Virus record (IMG/VR): IMGVR_UViG_3300006169_000164
Location: 1-39,512 of that record
Strand: one strand, 5' to 3'
DNA length: 39,512 nt
Origin: a virus
Taxonomy: Duplodnaviria > Caudoviricetes
Shown here: positions 1 to 9,211 of the stretch, piece by piece
Layout: each line of letters starts with the position of its first letter
How positions within the stretch are numbered: position 1 is the first letter of the stretch
The notes under the pieces: model-generated
Database searches by the model: none
What the model was told of the DNA's origin: nothing
What the model saw: only the letters and a program-made list of their open reading frames with translations
Program-made: the position numbers and the translations under genes

Positions 1-231
1 ATGGCTGGCGACGAAGTACGGCGGTTCCCCTTGCCCTGGACGATCGACGGCAACGAGCGCGCGTTCTGGGTGGTCGACGCCGCGGGCAAGCGGTTCGGCT
101 TCACCTACTACCGCTCCGACGACAGCGGGCCGATCGGCTCCGGCTACGGGCTCGAGCTGACCCGGCGCGAAGCGCTGCGGATCGTGCGCAACATCGCGAA
201 GCTGCCCGACTTCCTGCAGCGTGAGCGCTGA
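1..231 (+). CDS. Small conserved hypothetical protein (RRFPxPW...LTRxEAxRIxxNIAKLP type)
   Basis: 76-aa ORF with coding-like codon usage; resembles a widespread alphaproteobacterial hypothetical family (recognition only). Confidence 0.7.
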   Translation: MAGDEVRRFPLPWTIDGNERAFWVVDAAGKRFGFTYYRSDDSGPIGSGYGLELTRREALRIVRNIAKLPDFLQRER

Positions 232-284
232 TCCAAGCCGGAACAGGTGGTTGCAGGCCCTTTCCCCGCCCATGCTCTTGTGGC

Positions 285-626
285 TTGGTGCACGCGATGG
301 ACCTGGGCGACGATCCTCCCCGGCCGCCGTCGGGCAGGCCGCCACCGTTCTGGTGCACCGGCTACCTATACGTCGCCGACGAGGCGGGTTACGAGATCGC
401 CGGCTCGCGCCGGTCCCTGTCGCGGTGCCGGTCGAAGGCGGAGTACGCCGAATTGCATCGCCAGCTCGAGCGGGCGATGGGCGAGGATTGCATGGTCAAG
501 CACAGCGCCGCCGGCCCGCCCGGCCCGCGTCAGATCGACAAGCTCGTCGGCCTCGCCGCGATAGGGGGCTTTTGGGCCTGGCTGCTCGCCGGCTCGCTGG
601 ACGGCCTGCTCGGGGCGATGCCCTAG
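285..626 (+). CDS. Hypothetical protein with C-terminal hydrophobic segment
   Basis: ORF ends LVGLAAIGGFWAWLLAGSL; stop shares CTAG with the convergent dam stop; start may be ATG 297. Confidence 0.45.
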   Translation: MVHAMDLGDDPPRPPSGRPPPFWCTGYLYVADEAGYEIAGSRRSLSRCRSKAEYAELHRQLERAMGEDCMVKHSAAGPPGPRQIDKLVGLAAIGGFWAWLLAGSLDGLLGAMP

Positions 627-1441
627 CCGCCTCCCGTGATGATCAGCTCGCCGGCGACGCGCCCGTTGTTGCTGGAGAGCGAATAGGTCACCTGCTCCTC
701 GCGAAAATCGAAGCCGGAGAATATCCTCCGAACCTCGGGATGATCGTTCAGAGAAAGGACGAACCGTCCTCGCAGGGACCGCAGCCGCGCGGCCATCAGC
801 TCGAACTGGCCGCGGTCGAACAGCTCGACGCCGTAGTCGCCCTCGGAGCCGAAATAGGGCGGGTCGAGGTAGAACAGCGTCCCCGGCCGATCGTACCGCT
901 CGATGAACGTCGCCCACGGCAGCCGCTCGAGTACGACGGGCGCCAGGCGCTCCCACGCCGCCTCCAGCAATGGGGCGAGCTTGGTCACGTCGAAGCGCGC
1001 CGGCGCATCGTAGATCGCGCCGAAGTTGCGGCCGGACACCCTCCCGCCAAACGCCAATCGCTGGAGGTAGAGGAAGCGCGCCGCGCGCTGCAGGTCGGTC
1101 AGCGACGTAGGGTCCTGTCGCGCCAGCTTCTCGAAGTTGGCGCGGCTCGTGATCTGGAACCGAAGCATGTCGAGGAAGGCGACGTAGTGGTGCTGCAGCA
1201 CCCGGAAGAACGTCGACACGTCCTCCGACCAGTCATTGATCACCTCGCCCTTGGGCCGCTTCGTGCGGCGGAAGAAGACCCCGCCCATGCCGACGAAGAC
1301 TTCGGCGTAGGTGGTATGCGGGATGCTCTCGATCAGCGGCACCAGGCGCTTGGCGAGGTTGCGCTTGCCGCCGACGTAAGGCGCCAGTGGCCGCACCGGA
1401 TCGACCGGCTCCAGATCGGTTGCATTGGGATTCGACTCCAT
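623..1441 (-). CDS. dam: DNA adenine methyltransferase, D12/Dam class
   Basis: PYVGGK, YAEVFVGMGGVF (motif I), EVIND, FYLDPPY (motif IV); start set at ATG 1441 (MESNPN). Confidence 0.92.
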   Translation of the reverse strand: MESNPNATDLEPVDPVRPLAPYVGGKRNLAKRLVPLIESIPHTTYAEVFVGMGGVFFRRTKRPKGEVINDWSEDVSTFFRVLQHHYVAFLDMLRFQITSRANFEKLARQDPTSLTDLQRAARFLYLQRLAFGGRVSGRNFGAIYDAPARFDVTKLAPLLEAAWERLAPVVLERLPWATFIERYDRPGTLFYLDPPYFGSEGDYGVELFDRGQFELMAARLRSLRGRFVLSLNDHPEVRRIFSGFDFREEQVTYSLSSNNGRVAGELIITGGG

Positions 1442-1448
1442 CACGTTT

Positions 1449-1463
1449 GTTCCACTACTGTTC
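1449..1463. promoter_or_regulatory. Alphaproteobacterial LexA (SOS) box upstream of dam
   Basis: GTTC-cactact-GTTC, an exact GTTC-N7-GTTC, separated from the dam ATG by 7 nt. Confidence 0.7.
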
Positions 1464-1587
1464 CGCTTGCCGAGTCGGCAGGCGGGATGGTCCCGAGGCG
1501 GGACCGATTGGGATCGTGACGAGGAGCATTCGTCGGGCAAGGGGCGTTGGCGCGCCCCGCGTCCCCCGCCTTTCGACGGGGTGAAGG

Positions 1588-2640
1588 TCAGCGAGCCTGG
1601 TTGGCGTGAAGGCGCCGCCCGGTGGCGATCTCGATCTGGTCGCCGTTGGTGCAGGCGTAGTTGCGGAAGGCGAGCAGATCGAGCCCGAAGAAGGTGTTCA
1701 TCCGGAGCATGCGCTGGGCGAGCGGCACGATCTCGACGATGAAGAAGTTGTCGAGCGCCTCGTCGACCTTGCCGAACCCGCCGTTATTGGTCGGGATGAT
1801 GCCGATGAGCTGCGGCGGCACCCGGTGCGCGGCGAGCAAATCGTCGCGGCTGATGTTCTTGACGTTGCTGAACTCGTCCTTCGCCGCGACTTCGCCGATC
1901 GGGATCAGTTGCACCCCGTCCTTCTTCCCCTTCGGGATGTGCAGCAGCATGTTCTTGAAGTTGCCGACCCCCTTGGCGTTCTTCATCGCCTGCTCGAGCT
2001 TCTTCGCGGTCTCGTTGTCGGCGAGCGGCTCGTTGAGGTAGAGGATGAACCCCGCGTGGGCGCCGTTGAGGTAGTAGCGGCGCCGGAACAGCGTCGCGTT
2101 CTCGTTGAGCAGCCCGCTCTGGAGCGCCGAGAGCCATTCGGGCAGACCGTAGATTTCCTGCGCCACGTCGGGCTGCTGCAGGTGGAACACGCTGCCCGGC
2201 CGGAATTCGTGGTCCTGGTGCCCGAGCTGGCCGACGAACCAATAGACGTCGTCCTTGACGCCGCGGCGGGTATGGCGCGCCGGGGTGTGATCGGCGAGCG
2301 CCAGGCGTCCCGCCATGTTGGGCACGAATTCGAGGTAGCCGTTGCCCATCTGGATGAAGTCGAGCGCGAACCGCTCGAAGTCGTCGGGCTGGAGCCACCG
2401 GCTCGGCTGCTGGTGCGCCACCAGCAAGTTGATCTTGAGCGCCACCGCGCTGCGGTGATGCGGGCTCATGTTGAAGGCGGCGGAGAGCCGGTCCATCGGC
2501 AGCGGCGGCTCGTACCAGCGGCCGTTGTGCCAGATCTCGAAGTATTGCGTCAGCTCGCGCCGGTCGAGCACGCTCTCTGGGTCACCGAAGGTAAATACCA
2601 TCGGCCCGCCCCCCTGCTCGGTCTTGGCAATTGCGTTCAT
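1588..2640 (-). CDS. Q: Portal protein, P2 gpQ/PBSX family
   Basis: FTFGDPESVLD, QEIYGLPEWL, ATLFRRRYYLNGAHAGFI, AAHRVPPQLIG. Confidence 0.95.
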   Translation of the reverse strand: MNAIAKTEQGGGPMVFTFGDPESVLDRRELTQYFEIWHNGRWYEPPLPMDRLSAAFNMSPHHRSAVALKINLLVAHQQPSRWLQPDDFERFALDFIQMGNGYLEFVPNMAGRLALADHTPARHTRRGVKDDVYWFVGQLGHQDHEFRPGSVFHLQQPDVAQEIYGLPEWLSALQSGLLNENATLFRRRYYLNGAHAGFILYLNEPLADNETAKKLEQAMKNAKGVGNFKNMLLHIPKGKKDGVQLIPIGEVAAKDEFSNVKNISRDDLLAAHRVPPQLIGIIPTNNGGFGKVDEALDNFFIVEIVPLAQRMLRMNTFFGLDLLAFRNYACTNGDQIEIATGRRLHANQAR

Positions 2641-2665
2641 CGTCGGGGTCCTTTCGCTGGCCCGG

Positions 2666-4555
2666 TCAATCGGAGAACACCACCCGACCGCCGCCGCCCT
2701 CGTGGGCGGTGCCGGCGTCGAGCGGTTCGTTGGAAAGTGCGTTGAGAATCGCCCAGGCGATGTCGGCGTGGCCGACCAGGCCGTTGCGCTTGGCGACGTA
2801 GGTGACGCCCCGGCCGCTGCCGGTCAGCGCCGGGCGGATCGCCATCAGTGCCTGCATCACGTCGGTCCACCCGGCGTCGAACTCGAAGCGCTGCGCGCGG
2901 AACACGTTCTGCGCCTTGATGACCAGCGCAGTCTTGCTCGCCAGCGAGTATTCGATCTTGCGCACCAGCGGGAACCACGCGCTGACCAGCTCGTGCACCG
3001 CCAGGCCGTGCCCCGTGGTGTCGATCGAGATGTCGGTGACGTTGTAGCGGTCGGCGATCTCTTCGATGAAATCGGCCTGGCCGCGAAAGTCGCGGCCGTT
3101 GAGGCGGTGCTTCTCCAGCAGCCGGAACTTGCCGACGCCGAGCTGCTCGGGCGGCGCCAGCACCGCCAGCGCGGCATCGTCGCGGCCTTGCTTGTTGGGA
3201 TCGTAGCCGAGCCAGACCGCGTTCTCGTCGAACGGCCTCGCGCCGGGAATGTCGATCAGCGCCGGCTTGAAATCGCGCCACTTCAGGAAGCTGTCGACCC
3301 GCGCCGGCGCGAGCAGCGCCCACGGGAAGCTGCTCTCGCTATCATCGACGAACTCGCAGCCGTAGAGGTTGCGGAACTCTTCCTCGGTGCACTCGTCGCG
3401 CAGCTCGTCGGCGTCGATCAGGTTGCCCATGCCGCCCGCGATGGCGTCGTCGAGCGTGACCATCTGCCGCCAGGCGCCGTCGGGGCCGAGCGCGCCCGTT
3501 TTCAGCTTGGCATGGCTTAGCTCGAAGGTTCGCTGCGCCTCCCGCTTGCGCCCGCGGTTCCAGTCCTCGCCGCTCCAGAAGCCGAAGGCCTCGTGCGTCT
3601 TGGTCGACGGCGTCGAGAAATAGGTCCGCTTGTAGATCGTGTGCGTGGCCATCGCCGCGGCGACCTTGCGCAACGTGGCGAAGCCGCTGACCCAGAAGAA
3701 CTCGTCGAAGTAGAAGTCGCCGCTTTCGCCCTGGGCGGTGTTCGAGTTGGTCGACAGCGGGTAGAGACCGACTGGCTCGAGGCGGAGTTCCTCCTCGCCG
3801 TCCTCGTCGGCATGCAGGCCGCCGAAGTCGAGCACGATGATCTTGCCTTTGAGCTCGACCCCGGTCACGCGCTGGACCCAGCCCACGATCTCGCGCCGGA
3901 ACTTGAGCGCCTGACGCTCGCTGGCGGAAAGGAATATCTGGTTGCGCGGCTGCTCGCCGGCAATCGCGGCCTCGGCGATCTTGGCCATCGCCTCGCGGGC
4001 GAAGTACCATGTCGCGCCGATCTGCCGGCTCTTGAGGATGCGGCGGTCGCGCTGCTCGCGCTGCGCCCACCACCCGGCCTGATGCGCGAAGTTCTTGTCG
4101 TGGAAGTCGTCGAGCAGCGCCTGCCACTGTTCGACGGTCAGGAAGTTCTTGCGCTTCTCCGCCCGCTTGGCCTTCGCCGCGTCGTCGTTGCGGTTGGCGA
4201 CCTTGGCGTTGAGATCGCCTTCCTTGCCGCTCTCCCCGTATTTGCGGATGCGCGCGGCGCGCTCCATCTGCCGCATCAGGAAGTCGACGCGCTTCATGTC
4301 GCCTTCGTCGAAGCGGTCCTTGTCGAGATAGGTGGCGATCTTCGCCTCGAGGCGGTCCTCGACCACGGTCAGCGGCGCGGCATCGTCCCACTTCCCGCGC
4401 CGCTTCCAGCTCGCCAGCGTCGAATAGTTGACGCCCAGCTCGTCCTCGATCTGCGCGAGCGACCAGCCCCGCCAGTAGAGCGAGCGCGCCTGGCGGCGCA
4501 GGTGCTCGGCTGCGAGCTGCGCTTCGTCGGGGTTCGGGGCTTCAGCCGGGTGCAT
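2666..4555 (-). CDS. P: Terminase large (ATPase) subunit, P2 gpP-like
   Basis: ILKSRQIGATWYFAREA, NQIFLSAS, YFDEFFW, GYDP, HADIAWA; start 4555 favoured by its spacing from the late-promoter palindrome (4570 is the alternative). Confidence 0.95.
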   Translation of the reverse strand: MHPAEAPNPDEAQLAAEHLRRQARSLYWRGWSLAQIEDELGVNYSTLASWKRRGKWDDAAPLTVVEDRLEAKIATYLDKDRFDEGDMKRVDFLMRQMERAARIRKYGESGKEGDLNAKVANRNDDAAKAKRAEKRKNFLTVEQWQALLDDFHDKNFAHQAGWWAQREQRDRRILKSRQIGATWYFAREAMAKIAEAAIAGEQPRNQIFLSASERQALKFRREIVGWVQRVTGVELKGKIIVLDFGGLHADEDGEEELRLEPVGLYPLSTNSNTAQGESGDFYFDEFFWVSGFATLRKVAAAMATHTIYKRTYFSTPSTKTHEAFGFWSGEDWNRGRKREAQRTFELSHAKLKTGALGPDGAWRQMVTLDDAIAGGMGNLIDADELRDECTEEEFRNLYGCEFVDDSESSFPWALLAPARVDSFLKWRDFKPALIDIPGARPFDENAVWLGYDPNKQGRDDAALAVLAPPEQLGVGKFRLLEKHRLNGRDFRGQADFIEEIADRYNVTDISIDTTGHGLAVHELVSAWFPLVRKIEYSLASKTALVIKAQNVFRAQRFEFDAGWTDVMQALMAIRPALTGSGRGVTYVAKRNGLVGHADIAWAILNALSNEPLDAGTAHEGGGGRVVFSD

Positions 4556-4602
4556 GGCCAAGCCATGCACCCCCGCAACGGCCGATCGACCAGCGGCGGG
4601 GC

Positions 4603-4623
4603 GGGTAACGCGCCGAGTTACCC
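4603..4623. promoter_or_regulatory. Late-promoter palindrome 1 (putative Ogr site) between divergent P and O
   Basis: GGGTAAC-gcgccga-GTTACCC; same motif at 9702 and 18332. Confidence 0.75.
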
Positions 4624-4727
4624 CGCGCCCGCGTGGACAGGTAGCCGGTCGGTGGGCCTTGGTGCTCCTGTCAACGCGCGGGGCTCTGGATCGGTCCCGA
4701 CAGCGGCAACTCGACGGGAGCTAACCG

Positions 4728-5585
4728 ATGAAGACCAAGTCCTTCCTTCTCGCCACTGCCGGCTCGACGGTCGACGGCCGCGTGATCGACGACAAGATGC
4801 TCGACGAGATGGCCGCGGGCTACGATCCCAAGACTTACGGCGCCCGGCTCAATATCGAGCACATCCGCGGCATCAGCGGCGACAAGCCCTTCCGCGCCTA
4901 TGGCGACGTGCTGGAACTGTCGGTCGCCGAGGTCGACGTGAAGTTCCACGACAAGACCGAGAAGCGCAAAGGGCTGTTCGGCGTCTTCGACGTGACCGAG
5001 GATGCCAAGGCGCTCAACAGCGCCGGCCAGAAGGTCTATCCGTCGATCGAGATCGAGCCCAACTTCGCCGGCAAGGGCAAGGCCTACCTGATGGGCTGCG
5101 CGCTGACCGACAGCCCCGCCTCGATCGCCACCGAGCGGCTTCAGTTCAACCGGCAGATGCCGGGCACGATCATCCTTTCGCGCGGCGCCGATGGCCAGGG
5201 CAGCGAGCCCGGCGCGCTGGAGTTCGCCGACGTGACCGAGGGTCAGGGCGGCGAAGGGTTCCTCGCCGGCCTCAAGGGAGTGCTCGACGGCTTCGCAGCC
5301 AAGTTCTCCCCGGCCAAGCCGGCCGAGGACGCCCCGAAGGAGCCGGCGGGTTCGAAGCCGCCCGCGTTCGACTTCGCCGAAATGCGCCCGCTGTTCGAGC
5401 AGCTCGGTCAGACCTTCTCGGCCTCGCTCGACGGCCTGCGCACCGAGCTGCGCGGCGAGGTCGACGGTCTCTGCGTCAAGCTCAAGAAGCTCGAGGACGC
5501 GCGCGAGGCAACCCCCGCGCCCGGCTACACCGCCCGGCCGCCCGCAAACGGCAGCAACGGCCAGTATTCGAAGACCGACTGCTAA
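4728..5585 (+). CDS. O: Capsid scaffolding protein/protease, gpO
   Basis: GSTVDGRVI, YGARLNIEH, AYGDV, QKVYPSIEI, YLMGCALTDSPAS. Confidence 0.95.
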   Translation: MKTKSFLLATAGSTVDGRVIDDKMLDEMAAGYDPKTYGARLNIEHIRGISGDKPFRAYGDVLELSVAEVDVKFHDKTEKRKGLFGVFDVTEDAKALNSAGQKVYPSIEIEPNFAGKGKAYLMGCALTDSPASIATERLQFNRQMPGTIILSRGADGQGSEPGALEFADVTEGQGGEGFLAGLKGVLDGFAAKFSPAKPAEDAPKEPAGSKPPAFDFAEMRPLFEQLGQTFSASLDGLRTELRGEVDGLCVKLKKLEDAREATPAPGYTARPPANGSNGQYSKTDC

Positions 5586-5645
5586 CCGCCCCGCCCACCA
5601 ACCGCCAAGCCCGCCTCGCACTACTTTCGGACAAGGACTCACCCG

Positions 5646-6776
5646 ATGCGCAACGAGACCCGCGCCCTCTTCAATGCCTACGTGTCGCAGATCGCGCTGC
5701 TCAACGGCGTCCCCGACGCGACCACGATGTTCGCGGTCGCGCCGGCGGTCGAGCAGAAGCTCGAGCTGCGGATGGCCGAAACCAGCGAGTTCCTGCAGGC
5801 GATCAATATCGTCCCGGTGACCCAGCAGGTCGGGCAGAGCCTCGGCATCGGAACCACGCGCACGATCGCCGGCCGCACCGACACCTCGGGCGGCGACAAG
5901 CGTAACCCGACCGATCCGACCGACAATTCCGAGCGGAACGCCTATCACTGCCGCCAGACCGATTACGACTGGGCGCGCAGCTACGCGGCGATGGACGCCT
6001 GGCGGCATCGGGCCGAGTTCGAGACCATCACTCGCGACGCAATCCTGCGCCAGCAGGCACGCGACCGGATCATGGTCGGGTGGCACGGCGTCGAGGCGGC
6101 GGTCGAGACCGACCGCGTCGCCAACCCGCTGCTGCAGGACGTCAACGAAGGCTGGCTGTTCAAGATTCGCGACCGCGCTCCCGAGCAGGTGTTTGACGAC
6201 GGCAGCCTGACCGTCGAGACCGACGGCACCGACAACGCGGCGCTCAAGGCGATCTACGTCAAGGCGGGCGTCGAGCTGTTCGACGCCAACGCCGCCTACA
6301 ACGCCACGGGCGGCTCCGCGAGCGCCGATGCCGACTACAGCTCGCTCGACGCGCTGGTGCTCGATGCCAAGCGGTTGCTGCCCGAATGGCACCGCGGCGA
6401 CACCGAGCTGGTGGTCATCGTCGGCCACGACCTGGTCGACGACAAGTACTTCAACATCGCCCAGGCGACCGGCGCCACCGCCACCGAGGTCGAGGCCACC
6501 GATCGCATCATCCGCTCGACCAAGCAGATCGGCGGGCTTCCCGCTGTGCGCGTGCCGTTCTTCCCGGCCGACGGGCTGCTGATCACCCGGCTCGATAACC
6601 TGTCGATCTACTGGCAGGAGGGCACCCGCCGCCGGATGCTGAAAGACGAGCCCGAGGCGAACCGCATCGCCAACTACGAGAGCGTCAACGAAGACTACGT
6701 CGTCGAGGACTACGACGCGGTCGTTCTGGTCGAGAACATCGTCGTCGGCGGCGCCCCGGCCCGCCCGGCACCGTAA
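5646..6776 (+). CDS. N: Major capsid protein, P2 gpN family
   Basis: MRNETRALF, IAGRTDT, NPLLQDVNEGWL, LDNLSIYWQEGTRRR, YESVNEDYVVEDY. Confidence 0.96.
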   Translation: MRNETRALFNAYVSQIALLNGVPDATTMFAVAPAVEQKLELRMAETSEFLQAINIVPVTQQVGQSLGIGTTRTIAGRTDTSGGDKRNPTDPTDNSERNAYHCRQTDYDWARSYAAMDAWRHRAEFETITRDAILRQQARDRIMVGWHGVEAAVETDRVANPLLQDVNEGWLFKIRDRAPEQVFDDGSLTVETDGTDNAALKAIYVKAGVELFDANAAYNATGGSASADADYSSLDALVLDAKRLLPEWHRGDTELVVIVGHDLVDDKYFNIAQATGATATEVEATDRIIRSTKQIGGLPAVRVPFFPADGLLITRLDNLSIYWQEGTRRRMLKDEPEANRIANYESVNEDYVVEDYDAVVLVENIVVGGAPARPAP

Positions 6777-6914
6777 TACCCCCCGAGGGGCTGTGAAGCC
6801 GGAGCTGGCGTGAGGGCCGGCGAAGGCGGAGCCGGACGAAACTGGCGGGGGACCTCACAGATCCCGCCACACCTTTCGCCCCCGCAGCTCGGCGCGGGAA
6901 CAGGAGACCGCCCG

Positions 6915-7694
6915 ATGTTCAGCCCCGCCCTCCGCAATCGCCAGCGCGTTCTCGCCCGCCAGGCCGCCGCAGCGGCCAAGAAGCCGCGCGGCGGCAAGGC
7001 CCGAGAGCGCCTGCGCGCCGATGCCGCGCCGTGGGCGCCGGCCCCCGCCGAGAATGGCGCCCCGGCCAGCGAATACGCGGCGCTGCTCGCGGTGCTGCAC
7101 GAGAACCTGCGCGCGCTCTCCGACATCCAGAGCCACGAGCAGCGTCTGCCGAAGAAGGCGGAGTACGCTCGCCAGTTCGACGCCTGGGTCGCCGGCCTGC
7201 TCGCGGCCGACGAACCGGTGCAGGACGAAATCCTCGTTACCATGATGATCTGGGCGATCGATCGCCGCGACTGGCCGCGCGCGCTCGAGCTGGCCGGCTT
7301 CGTGCTTCACCACGGCCTAGACCTTCCCGAGCGCTACAGCCGCACGGCCGCATGTTTCATCGCCGAGGAAATCGCCGAGGCGGCTCTCGGCGACGCCGGC
7401 CTGGTGCCGCACAGCGTGCTGCTCGGAGTGATGAGCTACACCGCCGAGAGCGACATGCCCGACCAGGTCCGGGCAAAGCTTCACAAGGCGATCGGGCGCG
7501 GCTTCGCGGTCAAGGCCGAGGACTTCGACCCGGCGTCCGAAAACGCTCCGGCCGGCGGCAAGGCCGCCTTCGTGGCCGAGGCCGTCGCGCACCTGCGGCG
7601 CGCGCTCGCTCTCGATGAGAAGGCGGGCGTGAAAAAGGACATCGAGCGGCTCGACCGCGAGCAGCGGAAGCTCGCCGAAGAAGCCGCGCAGTAG
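6915..7694 (+). CDS. M: Terminase small/endonuclease subunit, gpM
   Basis: AGGAG RBS then MFSPA; QDEILVTMMIW, DMPDQVRAKLHKA, GVKKDIERL; follows N. Confidence 0.9.
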   Translation: MFSPALRNRQRVLARQAAAAAKKPRGGKARERLRADAAPWAPAPAENGAPASEYAALLAVLHENLRALSDIQSHEQRLPKKAEYARQFDAWVAGLLAADEPVQDEILVTMMIWAIDRRDWPRALELAGFVLHHGLDLPERYSRTAACFIAEEIAEAALGDAGLVPHSVLLGVMSYTAESDMPDQVRAKLHKAIGRGFAVKAEDFDPASENAPAGGKAAFVAEAVAHLRRALALDEKAGVKKDIERLDREQRKLAEEAAQ

Positions 7695-7712
7695 AGATCG
7701 CCCCACGGCGCT

Positions 7713-7778
7713 CGGGGGGCGGAAGGAACGGGTCCGGCAGGCTTGCCTCGCTCTGTCCCGGTTCTTCCCCACCCCCCG
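7713..7778 (+). other. Long imperfect GC-rich stem-loop after gpM
   Basis: CGGGGGG(7713)/CCCCCCG(7772) and GGAAGGAACGGG/CCCGGTTCTTCC arms; no U-tract. Confidence 0.5.
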
Positions 7779-7795
7779 TAAAGGATCGCTTGTCG

Positions 7796-7865
7796 GCGCT
7801 ACCGCGCTTCGCGCTACTTGAGCGCCGGTAGCCAGTCCCGTCCTCAAGTAGCGGAGCGATAGGAC
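7796..7865. repeat. Family A palindromic repeat, inverted pair (M-L spacer)
   Basis: GCGCT-ACC-GCGC-TTC-GCGC-TACTTG-AGCGC (7796-7825) and inverted GTCCT-CAAGTA-GC-GGA-GC-GAT-AGGAC (7840-7865). Confidence 0.85.
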
Positions 7866-7871
7866 GAAGGC

Positions 7872-8363
7872 GTGTCTGGACTGATTGCCCCACCGGACGG
7901 CACCGACCCTGACGATGCCGAGGTGGCGGCCGATGGCTGGTTTCCGCCCGTCGCGCTCGCCGGCATCCGCGACACCATTCGCCTCGGCGAAGGGGTGGTG
8001 CCGACCTCCCGTCTGATCGCCGCGATCGAGGGCGCGATCCTCACTTCGTTGCGCGCTCTCGCCGCCTGGCGCACGGCCCACGCGCTGGAAGGCGCCGCCG
8101 CCCTGGCCGACGTGACCGACGACGAAGTGGCCGGCGCGAACAAGGCCGTGCTGCTCTGGCAACGCGCCGTCCGCTATTACGCCGCCGCCGAGCTGGCCGA
8201 CCAGCACCGCGACCTGACCGCAACCGACGATGGCCTCGACCGGGCGGAGGAGAAGTCGGAAACCGCCGACGACTACCGCCGTCTCGCCTACGCCGCGGTC
8301 GCCGACCTGCTGTCGATCGGCGCCGAGGAGCCGGAGCCGCGCAACCGGGTGTCGCTGGTGTGA
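7872..8363 (+). CDS. L: Head completion/stabilisation protein, gpL
   Basis: DGWFPPV, WQRAVRYYAAAEL, RNRVSLV C-terminus; synteny. Confidence 0.88.
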   Translation: MSGLIAPPDGTDPDDAEVAADGWFPPVALAGIRDTIRLGEGVVPTSRLIAAIEGAILTSLRALAAWRTAHALEGAAALADVTDDEVAGANKAVLLWQRAVRYYAAAELADQHRDLTATDDGLDRAEEKSETADDYRRLAYAAVADLLSIGAEEPEPRNRVSLV

Positions 8364-8467
8364 CGACTGTCGGCATGACTCTGTTCGGCTTCGCGCTGGG
8401 CTGGGCCACGTCGGCGCTGATGCGCCGCATCGACGCGCGCCGGCAGCGGATCGGGCGCGCGCCGTGA
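8360..8467 (+). CDS. 35-aa mini-ORF bridging L and X
   Basis: GTG overlaps the L stop (GTGA) and its TGA overlaps the X start; VTTVGMTLFGFALGWATSALMRRIDARRQRIGRAP. Confidence 0.45.
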   Translation: MTTVGMTLFGFALGWATSALMRRIDARRQRIGRAP

Positions 8468-8673
8468 TCGTCACCGCCCGCGCCGGCGAGACCATCGACG
8501 AATTGTGCTGGCGCGCGCTCGGCCGGACGCAGGGCGTGACCGAGCAGGCGCTCGAGCTCAACCGCGACCTCGCCGACCTCGGCCCGCTGCTGCCCGCCGG
8601 AACCGAGGTGGTGCTGCCCGATCCCACCGCCCTGATCCCGGCCACCCGCGAAGTCGTCAAGCTGTGGGATTGA
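8464..8673 (+). CDS. X: Tail protein X (LysM-like)
   Basis: ARAGETIDELCWRALG...LELNRDLADLGPLLPAGTEVVLP...VKLWD. Confidence 0.9.
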   Translation: MIVTARAGETIDELCWRALGRTQGVTEQALELNRDLADLGPLLPAGTEVVLPDPTALIPATREVVKLWD

Positions 8674-8686
8674 AGGGAGGCTGACC

Positions 8687-9178
8687 GTGCAGAAAGCCAA
8701 GTCGCTGCGCGCCGCTATCGAGATCGCCCTGCCCGAGCTGAAGCGCGAGCCCGGCCGGCTCAAGGTCTGGGCCGAGGACGGCGTCGGCTTGAGCCGGCAG
8801 ACCGACAGCCTGTCGTTCGGCTTCAGATACCGCCTGACAGTGCTGGTCGAGGAGCTTGCCGCCGACATCGCGCTGCTCGCGCTGGCGCTGTTCCGCTGGT
8901 TGCGGGTCAATCAGCCCGACCTGCTGGCGCCAGGCGCGCAGGGCTTCGCCTTCGATGTCGACTTTCTCGACAACCGCACCGCCGACGTGGCGATCCAACT
9001 CGCTCTGACCGAGAACGTCTCGGTCAGCGAGCGCGAGGAAGGCGGGTGGCAGCTCGACTATCTGGCCGAGCCCGACCCGCTGTTCCTCGACGACGTGCCG
9101 CAGCCGCCGCTGCCGGCGGACCTCTCCGAAATCCCGGTGGTCACCGAGGTCGTTACCCAGGCCGAGCTGGATCTGTGA
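8687..9178 (+). CDS. R: Tail completion protein, gpR
   Basis: MQKAKSLRAA, SFGFRYRL, WLRVNQPDLL, LTENVSV. Confidence 0.88.
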   Translation: MQKAKSLRAAIEIALPELKREPGRLKVWAEDGVGLSRQTDSLSFGFRYRLTVLVEELAADIALLALALFRWLRVNQPDLLAPGAQGFAFDVDFLDNRTADVAIQLALTENVSVSEREEGGWQLDYLAEPDPLFLDDVPQPPLPADLSEIPVVTEVVTQAELDL

Positions 9179-9211
9179 CCTGCCCTCGATCAGCGCAGCG
9201 GTAGAGCGCCG

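Noticed and set aside
1480-1587. Possible P2-type cos site next to the portal gene
   Set aside because: Only short GAGGCGGG-type matches to the P2 cohesive end; cos may lie outside the window
6805-6845. Hammerhead-like CTG...TGAG...CGAAAC
   Set aside because: The CUGANGA core is absent and I could not build stems I and III
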